This document shows positions 58,889-64,000 of a stretch of 64,000 nt of DNA, piece by piece. The notes below the pieces were generated by a model. That model made no database searches, was not told the origin of the DNA, and saw only the letters and a program-made list of their open reading frames with translations. The position numbers and the translations under genes were made by a program. How positions within the stretch are numbered: position 1 is the first letter of the stretch; each line of letters begins with the position of its first letter. The DNA is from Candidatus Latescibacterota bacterium (GTDB lineage Bacteria; Latescibacterota; UBA2968; UBA8231): positions 1,632,001 to 1,696,000 of the forward strand of contig OZ242214.1 of the NCBI GenBank assembly GCA_965206595.1. The letters run 5' to 3'.

Positions 58889-60370
58889 ATGCCAACGGTA
58901 CTGGGAATCGATCAGGGCACCAGCAGCGTCAAGGTCGTCCTCATCGACGAGAGCGGGCGCGAGCTGGGAAAGCAGATCGCCGGCTATCCGCTGCTGAAGC
59001 CGCGGCCCGGTTGGGTCGAGCAGGACCCCGAGGACTGGTGGCGGGCTGCCTGTTCCGCGGTGCAAGCGCTGCTCGCCGCAACCGGGACCGACCCGGACGA
59101 CATCGCCGGAGTGGCGCTGTCGGGCCAGATCAACGGCGCCGTGGTAGCGGATGCCTCCGGGGCCTGCCTGCGCAACTCCCTGATTTGGCTCGATCACCGT
59201 TCCGCCGAGGAGTGCCGGTGGGCGGAGGAGCGCGCCGGCGATCTGCTGCGCGACCGCGCCTTCAGCCGCGTAACCCCGGTCAACTTCCTCGCCAAGCTGT
59301 TGTGGCTTCACCGCCACGAGGCCGACCTCCTGCGCAGGGCTACGTACATCCTGCTGCCGAAGGACTGGCTGCGCCTGCGCCTGACCGGCGTCGCCTCCAG
59401 CGAGATATCCGACGCCTCGGTAACCGCGGCCTTCGACCTGCGGCGGCGGCAGTGGTCCGGGGAGATCCTCGATGCCCTCGACCTCGACGCCGCCAAGCTT
59501 CCGGCCGCGGTCGAGTCCCCCGAAGTCGTCGGTGCCGTAACGACGCGGGCCGCCGCGGAGATCGGCCTGCGCGCCGGCACCCCGGTCTGCGCCGGAGGAG
59601 GGGACATACCCTGCATGGTGCTCGGGAGCGGTATCGTCCGGCCCGGGATCGCTGGGCTGGGGATCGGCACCGCTGCCCACGCGGTAACCTGCGTCGAGGA
59701 GCTCGACCCCCGCGGCGTCGACAAGCTCTGGCCGATGTGCCACCCGGTCCCGGGGCAGTACGCCTGGCTCGGGTGCTCCTACACCGGAGGAGCTTCCTTC
59801 ACCTGGGCAAAGGAAGCCTTCGGGATGTCGTCGTACGAGAAGATGACCGCGGCGGCGGAGACCGCTCAGGTCGCTTCCGAGGGGCTGTTCTTCATGCCCT
59901 GGCTCGAAGGTTCGGCCACCCCGTGCCCCGACCCGGAGGCGCGCGGCGGCTTCGTCGGACTGACGCTGCGGCACGGCCGCGCCGAGATGATCCGCGCCGT
60001 GATGGAGGGGGTTGTCTTCGAGCTGCGCAACGCCCTCGAGTGCTTTTCCGGAATCGGCATCTCCCTGCAGGAGGTGCGTATCGGAGAGGGGGGCTCGCGC
60101 TCGGCTCTGTGGAGGCAGATGCAGGCGGACGTCTTCGGCCGCGAGGTGCGGGTGATCGACACCGAGGACCTTTCCGCTGTCGGGGCTGCCCTGATCGCGG
60201 GAGTCGGCTGCGGCCTCTTCGAGAGCTTCGAGGCCGCCTGCGAAAAAGTGGTGCAGCTGGGAGAGACGGTCCGCCCCGGAGAGGCGGAAGCGCGAGCCTA
60301 CGCGGCGGCCTTCTCCCGCTACGAGCGCCTGTACCCGACGATGAAGGACTGGTTCCACGGCGCCCCATGA
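58889..60370 (+). CDS. xylB: xylulokinase / FGGY carbohydrate kinase
   Basis: LGIDQGTSSVK, EQDPEDWW, SGQ, W.D.R, LLPKDW, GGGD, EGV, GGSRS.LW.Q. Exact substrate uncertain. Confidence 0.8.
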   Translation: MPTVLGIDQGTSSVKVVLIDESGRELGKQIAGYPLLKPRPGWVEQDPEDWWRAACSAVQALLAATGTDPDDIAGVALSGQINGAVVADASGACLRNSLIWLDHRSAEECRWAEERAGDLLRDRAFSRVTPVNFLAKLLWLHRHEADLLRRATYILLPKDWLRLRLTGVASSEISDASVTAAFDLRRRQWSGEILDALDLDAAKLPAAVESPEVVGAVTTRAAAEIGLRAGTPVCAGGGDIPCMVLGSGIVRPGIAGLGIGTAAHAVTCVEELDPRGVDKLWPMCHPVPGQYAWLGCSYTGGASFTWAKEAFGMSSYEKMTAAAETAQVASEGLFFMPWLEGSATPCPDPEARGGFVGLTLRHGRAEMIRAVMEGVVFELRNALECFSGIGISLQEVRIGEGGSRSALWRQMQADVFGREVRVIDTEDLSAVGAALIAGVGCGLFESFEAACEKVVQLGETVRPGEAEARAYAAAFSRYERLYPTMKDWFHGAP

Positions 60371-60377
60371 GGAGGAC

Positions 60378-60632
60378 GTGAACGACAGGGAGAACGGCTC
60401 CGATCCGCTGGCGCCCGCCGGACTCCTGGCGGAGCCGCGGCGGAAACCCTGGGTCTGGCTGGTGTACGCCCTGCTGCTGGCCCTCGCCATTCCCTGGTAC
60501 TGGCCCGCGGGGTACCGCGGACCGCTGCTGCTGGGGTTCCCGCTGTGGGTGGCCGCGACCGTCCTCTGCGTCATCCTCCTGGCGGGCTGGACATGCTGGG
60601 TGATCGCCGCCTGCTGGCGGGACGGGGAGTGA
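60378..60632 (+). CDS. small two-TM membrane protein preceding a symporter (DUF3311-like)
   Basis: IPWYWP...LLGFPLW, with GAGGAGG RBS. Confidence 0.7.
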   Translation: MNDRENGSDPLAPAGLLAEPRRKPWVWLVYALLLALAIPWYWPAGYRGPLLLGFPLWVAATVLCVILLAGWTCWVIAACWRDGE

Positions 60633-60635
60633 AGG

Positions 60636-62111
60636 ATGGGCTCGGCAGCGGATCCGCTCGCCTTCGGTCCGGGCGCCCTCGCCGCGGTCGCCTTCTATCT
60701 GCTGTCGATGATCGGCATCGGCTGGTGGGGGAGGCGGCAGCGCCGCGGCGACAGTCTCGCCGACTTCTACCTCGCCGGCCGCTCCCTCGGCTTCGCCGTT
60801 CTCTTCCTGACCCTGTACGCGACCCAGTACAGCGGCAACACCCTGTTCGGGTACCCGGGCAAGTCGTACCGGATCGGGTTCGACTGGACGGTCTCGCTGC
60901 TGTTTATGTTCGCCATCATCCCGGGGTACCTGCTGTACGCACCCCGTCTCGTCGCCCTGGCGCGCAGACAGGATTTCATCACCCCGGGGGATTACATCTC
61001 CTTCCGCTTCGGCTCCCGTTCCCTGACCCTGCTCAGCACGGTGACGATGGTCTACGCCCTCGGCAACTACACCCTGGCGCAGCTCAAGGCGATGGGGGCC
61101 GCGGTCGAAGGGCTGACCGACGGCGCCGTCCCCTCGGCGTACGGGATCGTCGCCCTGGCCTTCATCATGGTGGTGTACGAGACCCTGGGCGGCATGCGCA
61201 GCGTCGCCTGGACCGACGTCATCCAGGGAATCGTCCTGCTGACCGGCTTCGCCGCCCTGCTCTTCATGATCCCGGGACTCGGGGGCGGTTTCACCGCGGT
61301 GGTGGAACGGCTGTCCGCCGCCGACCCCGTCAAGGTCGAGGCGCCGTCGCTACGCCAGTGCGCGACCTGGCTCAGCTACGTCGTGCTTGTCGGCGCCGGC
61401 GCCGCCATCTACCCGCAGGCGATCCAGCGCCTCTACTCAGGCCGCTCGGTCGCCGGGCTCAAGCGCGCCCTGTCGCTGATGGCCTTCATGCCCCTGACCA
61501 CCACTCTGATCGCCCTGGTCTGCGGGATCACCGGGGCGGTTGTTCTTCCCGGCCTCGAGGGGACCGCGACCGACCAGTTGCTGCCGCGGCTCTGCGCCCT
61601 CATCATGGGTCAGTCCGCGTTCGGGTACTGGCTGGTCGTGCTCGTGTTCGCCGCGGCTCTGGCCGCCCTGATGTCGACGGCGGACTCGGCGCTGCTGTCG
61701 ATCTCGTCGATCTTCACCCGCAACGTCTACCAGGCTCACATCCGCCCCGGCAGCAGCCAGGCCGAGCTGACCCGGGTCGGCAAGCTCTGCTCCTGGACCA
61801 TCGTGGCGGTTCTCGTCGTCGTCGCCATCGGCACCGAGAAAACCCTGATCCGGCTGCTGGAGCTGAAGTTCGAAGTGCTGATCCAGATCGCCCCCTGCTT
61901 CTTCCTCGGCCTCTACTGGCCGCGGCTCGGGGCCGCCGCGGTCCTGGCAGGGATGATCGCCGGCCTCGCGTTCGGCTTGGGGGCGACCCTTCTCGGCCAC
62001 GCTCGTATCTGGGGGTTTCACGCCGGGGTCGTCGGCCTCGGGTTGAACCTCCTCGTCTGCGCTGCCGGCTGCGCCGGCTCGCGCCTGTCCGAAAGGAGAA
62101 ATGCCACGTGA
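60636..62111 (+). CDS. sodium:solute symporter family protein
   Basis: DFYLAGRSLG, GGMRSVAWTDVIQG, AALMSTADS. Confidence 0.92.
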   Translation: MGSAADPLAFGPGALAAVAFYLLSMIGIGWWGRRQRRGDSLADFYLAGRSLGFAVLFLTLYATQYSGNTLFGYPGKSYRIGFDWTVSLLFMFAIIPGYLLYAPRLVALARRQDFITPGDYISFRFGSRSLTLLSTVTMVYALGNYTLAQLKAMGAAVEGLTDGAVPSAYGIVALAFIMVVYETLGGMRSVAWTDVIQGIVLLTGFAALLFMIPGLGGGFTAVVERLSAADPVKVEAPSLRQCATWLSYVVLVGAGAAIYPQAIQRLYSGRSVAGLKRALSLMAFMPLTTTLIALVCGITGAVVLPGLEGTATDQLLPRLCALIMGQSAFGYWLVVLVFAAALAALMSTADSALLSISSIFTRNVYQAHIRPGSSQAELTRVGKLCSWTIVAVLVVVAIGTEKTLIRLLELKFEVLIQIAPCFFLGLYWPRLGAAAVLAGMIAGLAFGLGATLLGHARIWGFHAGVVGLGLNLLVCAAGCAGSRLSERRNAT

Positions 62112-63174
62112 AGATCACCTCGATCGACATCTGGACGGTGGTGGTGCCGACGATTCCCGGCCGCGTGCACAGCCGGGAGTGGGTGCCGGAGACCGGCTGG
62201 GACCAGGTGCCCAAGCAGATCCTGCGGATCAACACCGGCACCGAGCTCACCGGGATCGGGGAGACCGGCCGCGGCACGGAGGCGGCGACGGTCGCCGCGG
62301 GAGCCGCCCGCCTCGTCGGCCGCGATCCGGAGTCGATCACCCTGCGCGATATTTTCCGCGAACCGGCCGACGGCACCGAGGAGATGCTGGAGATCGGCAC
62401 CGGGGAGGCCTACGAGGCCTTCGAGATGGCGGTGTTCGACCTCGCCGGCCGCATGCGCGGGCTGCCGCCGACTACTGGATGGGCCACCAGACCCCGGAGG
62501 ACGGCAGGCGGACGGTCGAGCGCGCCCTCGAGCAGGGATTCAGGGGAGTCAAGATCAAGTGCCGCATCGAGGAGCCGATGGTCGAGCGGCTGCGGGCGAT
62601 GCTCGACGCCGCCGGCCCTTCGTTCAAGGTGACCGTCGATCCCAACGAGCGCTTCCACACCGCCGAGCAGACCATCGCCCTCGCCGGAGAGCTGGCGCCG
62701 CTGGGCAACGTCGAGGTCTTCGAAGATCCGATCCCCAAGACCGATGTCGAGGGCTACGCCCTGATTCACGAGGAGATCGACCTGCCGCTGGCGATGCACC
62801 TCGGGGAACCTGGGCAGGTGCTGGCGGCGATGACGGCCGATCTCGTCGACTGCTTCAACCTCAACGGCGGCCCGGTCGGCTTCATGCGCAACGCCGCGGT
62901 CGCCGCGGCCGGGGGCATGCGCTGCTGGCACGGGTCGGGGAACGACCTCGGTATCGTCGACACCTGCTACGTGCACTGCGCGGCCCTGGCCCCCAATTGC
63001 ACCATGGCCTCGGATTTCGTCGGCTCCTGGACCCGGGAGGACGACCTGATCCTCGAGCCGATCCCCTTCCGGGACGGCTTCGTCCCGGTGCCGTCGCGGC
63101 CGGGGCTCGGGTGCGACCTCGACCTGGAGGCCCTGGAGCGCTACTGCCGGGCCCACCAGGTGGTGACTCCGTAG
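62108..63174 (+). pseudogene. mandelate racemase/muconate lactonizing enzyme family protein with internal deletion and frameshift near 62468
   Basis: N-domain ends EMAVFDLAGRMRGLP; the barrel resumes in another frame (ADYWMG...KIK...VDPNERF...FEDP...PGLG). The usual VxxLLGGxxRxxV linker is missing. Confidence 0.8.
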
Positions 63175-63209
63175 GGAACCCATGCTGAGGGAAAGGACAC
63201 CCCGGAACG

Positions 63210-64000
63210 TGTCAATGGAAATGAGACACTTCGCGTGAAAGTTTACTGTCCTGTTCGTGCGCATTCGATGATGGTCGGGGGTGGGTTGATCCACACCTCG
63301 GCTGGTATTTTCGGTGCTTGGGGCGGCCCCTTTACGAAGCGCTCGGGATGTCGTGCATGGGCGTCATCGAGGATGGATTGGCGCGCTGCCTGGAGCTCCT
63401 CGGCGCGCCCGTGATGTACCGCCTCCGGGGTCAGCAGGCCCAATCCGCTATGGCGATGGCGGGTGTTGTACCAGAGAAAGAACGAGCGAAAATACGCCCG
63501 CGCCTGCTCCGGGTCGGCAAAGCGGCCCGGGTAGGTGGGCGCGTATTTGACGGTTTTGAACTGGCTCTCCGAATAGGGGTTGTCGTCGGCGGTTCGCGGG
63601 CGGCTGTAGCTGGCCAGGATCTCGAGATCGACCAGCAGCTGCGAAAAGGTCTTGGCCGTCATCGGGGCGCCCCGGTCCTGGTGCAGGGTCAGCTGCCCCG
63701 GCTCGATGGCTTGCTTGCGGCAGGCGGTCCGGATCAGGCGCCGTGCGCTGCCGGCGCTTTCCCGGGTGGCCACCATCCAGGCGACGACGTAACGCGAAAA
63801 CAGGTCGAGCACCACGTAAAGCGGATACGTCCCCCCTGTACGCGGGCCCGCCAGACGGGTAATGTCCCATGTCCAGACCTGGTTGGGGGCCCTGGCCACC
63901 AGCCGCGGCGGCTCGGCCCGAGGGTGGCGGCGCTGGCGGCGGCGTTCCCGCACCTCGCCGGCGCCGTGCAGCAGACGATACATCGTGCGTTGGGAACACA
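63210..64000 (-). mobile_element. IS3-family insertion sequence, partial (continues beyond window)
   Basis: Terminal TGTCAATGGAAATGAGACA at 63210, just past the transposase stop. Confidence 0.8.
63243..64000 (-). CDS. IS3-family transposase (rve integrase core), 3' part
   Basis: CSQRTMYRLL..., PNQVWTWDIT, DLFSRYVVAW, HQDRG, DNPYSESQFKTVK, WYN..HRHSGLG. Confidence 0.9.
   Translation of the reverse strand, partial: CSQRTMYRLLHGAGEVRERRRQRRHPRAEPPRLVARAPNQVWTWDITRLAGPRTGGTYPLYVVLDLFSRYVVAWMVATRESAGSARRLIRTACRKQAIEPGQLTLHQDRGAPMTAKTFSQLLVDLEILASYSRPRTADDNPYSESQFKTVKYAPTYPGRFADPEQARAYFRSFFLWYNTRHRHSGLGLLTPEAVHHGRAEELQAARQSILDDAHARHPERFVKGPPQAPKIPAEVWINPPPTIIECARTGQ

Overview
High-GC bacterial chromosomal window, mostly housekeeping and carbohydrate or cofactor metabolism. 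It carries ispG (partial), a TetR-led glycosylation operon, a fused indolepyruvate-type oxidoreductase, queE/phhB/folE, a large secreted S8 protease and groES-groEL. Further along are a transaldolase-GmhA-like-HddA-like-epimerase sugar-nucleotide operon, SGNH and YfhO-like membrane genes, pabBC, a sugar ABC transporter, panB, an RNB ribonuclease, xylB and a symporter. A lower-GC accessory island (~46.0-52.7 kb) holds a truncated hicA with intact hicB and a Sel1-repeat gene broken by loss of one 5-bp tandem unit. It also holds an FRG-domain gene split by a complete IS1380-family element (IRs and a 5-bp TSD are resolvable) and an FGE/CLec-fold lipoprotein whose C-terminus looks like a diversity-generating retroelement (DGR) variable region; no RT or template repeat is in the window. 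A consensus sigma-54 promoter in an AT-rich tract precedes groESL, and this GroEL ends in a His-rich tail. A partial IS3-family element ends the window. Sel1, FGE and FlgD-tailed proteins plus many Gfo/Idh/MocA, SDR and enolase-family genes suggest a Latescibacterota/FCB-like, possibly host-associated organism; this is inference only. All calls come from reading motifs by eye, with no database searches.
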